IMG/VR virus record: IMGVR_UViG_3300021426_000065
Location: 167,173-179,225 of that record
Origin: a virus
Taxonomy: Duplodnaviria > Heunggongvirae > Uroviricota > Caudoviricetes
DNA: 12,053 nucleotides
Strand: one strand, 5' to 3'
The number at the start of each line of letters is the position of its first letter. Positions within the stretch are counted from its first letter, which is position 1. This document shows positions 10,834-12,053 of this stretch, one piece after another. Position numbers and translations under genes: made by a program. Under the pieces are notes generated by a model. The model had not been told where the DNA came from, searched no databases, and saw nothing but the letters and a program-made list of their open reading frames with translations.

Positions 10834-11305
10834 AGGAATAATTGATTGTGATTTTACAAATTATAAAGAACCAGTATTAACGCTAGAATTTCCTAAATGT
10901 AATTTTAAATGTGATAAATTAAATGGTCGCCAAGTTTGCCAAAATAGCGGCTTGGCAGCCGAACCAGATATAGATATTCCTTATGAAAAAATTTGGGAAC
11001 TATATCAACAAAATCCTTTAACCAAAGGTTTTTGTTTTCAAGGTTTGGAACCATTTGATAGCCCAAACGAATTAAATGAAATTATACATTTTATTAGAGA
11101 TGAAAAAAAGTGCAATGACCCAATAATTATTTATACAGGATATGGTCGCGGCGAAGCGTTCTTAATAGAGTATACTTTAAGACATATATTTACTAATATT
11201 ATAGTAAAGTGGGGCCGTTTCGTTCTTGGTGATGAACCACATTATGATGAAGTATTAGGAGTCAATCTAGCAAGTAATAATCAATATGCGGAGAAAGTAT
11301 CATGA
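10823..11305 (+). CDS. nrdG: Anaerobic RNR activating enzyme (radical SAM), 160 aa
   Basis: Directly follows nrdD (11-nt overlap). C-NFK-C-x8-C-QN motif, GFCFQGLEPF, IYTGY, IIVKWGRF and LASNNQY, typical of NrdG. Confidence 0.9.
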   Translation: MKLKGIIDCDFTNYKEPVLTLEFPKCNFKCDKLNGRQVCQNSGLAAEPDIDIPYEKIWELYQQNPLTKGFCFQGLEPFDSPNELNEIIHFIRDEKKCNDPIIIYTGYGRGEAFLIEYTLRHIFTNIIVKWGRFVLGDEPHYDEVLGVNLASNNQYAEKVS

Positions 11306-11499
11306 AAAAGCATTTGAATCCAGATAAAGAACTTGTAAATATTATTATAGAAGGATTAAAAAATAATCAAAGTTATTGTCCTTGTATTTATAATAGTTTA
11401 AATAAGCCAGAATATAAATGCCCATGCCAAGATTTTAGAGAAAAAACACAAATTGGTGAAGCATGTCATTGCGGCTTATATATAAAAGATGAAATGTAA
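11302..11499 (+). CDS. ftrB: Ferredoxin:thioredoxin reductase catalytic (beta) subunit-like protein, 65 aa
   Basis: YCPC...CPC...CHCGLY is the FTR catalytic-chain signature (4Fe-4S ligands plus redox-active disulfide). ATGA overlap with nrdG; GGAG SD; ends TAA. Confidence 0.88.
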   Translation: MKKHLNPDKELVNIIIEGLKNNQSYCPCIYNSLNKPEYKCPCQDFREKTQIGEACHCGLYIKDEM

Positions 11500-11501
11500 T
11501 C

Positions 11502-11532
11502 GCGGGAGAAAATTTCTCCCGCACCTTTTTAT
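11502..11532 (+). terminator. Rho-independent terminator after the RNR operon
   Basis: GCGGGAGAA-AAT-TTCTCCCGC perfect 9-bp stem (11502-11522) starting 2 nt after the ftrB stop, followed by ACCTTTTTATTT. Confidence 0.85.
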
Positions 11533-11561
11533 TTGACTTTTTATCCATTTTCTGTTATAAT
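11533..11561 (+). promoter_or_regulatory. Consensus sigma-70/sigma-A promoter with extended -10
   Basis: TTGACT (11533-11538), 17-nt spacer, TG at 11553-11554, TATAAT (11556-11561). SD GAGGTG at 11580-11585 precedes ATG 11590. Confidence 0.85.
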
Positions 11562-11589
11562 ATAATAAAGAAATTATGAGAGGTGTGAT

Positions 11590-12053
11590 ATGAAAGTCGG
11601 AATTATTGTAGTATTAATAATTTGTATTATTGTTCTGATAATAAAACTTACATAGAAAACAGTTTTAGATGAAAGCCGCAAAAATTAGCTTGAATAGGAA
11701 GTTAATAATCTTGAAGAAGAGTTGGATTCATTAGAAAATGAAATCCAAATAAAGTAGAACTCCTATCATGATTTGATTAATAATAAGATTAAGAATTTGG
11801 ATAATCTTCTTGCGGAGCAAGAAAAGTAGCGGCAAAAAGATTTTGAAGATAAGTGGTTTGCGAAAGATGCAACCGCGGCGGAATAGTTTGCCAATACAGA
11901 AACCTATTATAAGTAGGAAGCCGCGTAGCTAGAAGCAAACTTATAGTAGGTTCAAAAAGATATTGATAACAAAATTGAAATTCTTCAAAATAATTATAAT
12001 TAGGAAGAAGAAAAATTTAAAGCACTTCTTGGACCGCTTCAACAATATGATAA
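11590..12053 (+). CDS. Membrane-anchored coiled-coil protein, 5' part (at least 154 aa, TAG=Gln), runs off the window
   Basis: MKVGIIVVLIICIIVLIIKLT(Q)KTVLDESRKN(Q)LE(Q)EVNNLEEELDSLENEIQIK(Q)NSY... An N-terminal hydrophobic helix followed by heptad-like E/Q/K/L-rich sequence. The frame has 11 TAG and no TAA or TGA. It has its own promoter and SD. Entirely missed by the ORF track. Confidence 0.88.

Noticed and set aside
11590-12053. TAG as pyrrolysine or occasional leaky readthrough
   Set aside because: Eleven TAGs in 154 codons including a tandem pair, and Gln-type contexts in NrdD and RecJ, do not fit sparse Pyl insertion or low-level leakiness.
1-12053. tRNA genes (including the expected suppressor), CRISPR arrays, IS elements
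   Set aside because: The window is almost fully coding and the largest intergenic gaps (about 45 and 90 nt) are filled by promoters and a terminator; no cloverleaf, repeat-spacer array or transposase was seen.

Overview
This AT-rich window (roughly 30% GC by eye) has all its credible genes on the + strand and looks like the DNA replication and nucleotide metabolism region of a large tailed phage, probably infecting an anaerobic Firmicute. The key to reading it is that TAG is not a stop codon. I find 22 in-frame TAG codons inside otherwise intact genes, some at positions where Gln is expected, and all 12 real gene ends use TAA or TGA. The phage therefore appears to use genetic code 15 (TAG=Gln), and the standard-code ORF track fragments or misses 7 genes. 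Gene order after re-reading: 3' end of a probable helicase, DnaG-like primase, RecJ-like exonuclease (590 aa), two small Cys-rich ORFs, a consensus sigma-70/sigma-A promoter, DnaE polymerase (1328 aa), a radical-SAM-like protein lacking the Cys motif (359 aa), a Zn-ribbon protein, NrdH, NrdD, NrdG and a ferredoxin:thioredoxin reductase catalytic subunit. After these come a terminator, a second consensus promoter and a TAG-rich membrane-anchored coiled-coil protein running off the window end. The most interesting points are the recoding itself, the very uneven TAG use between transcription units (about 1 of 54 Gln codons in DnaE versus 11 of 18 in the last gene), a self-contained FTR-NrdH-NrdD(CCRL)-NrdG module predicted to be redoxin-dependent, and strong CGCG over-representation alongside GATC depletion. 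All counts are manual.
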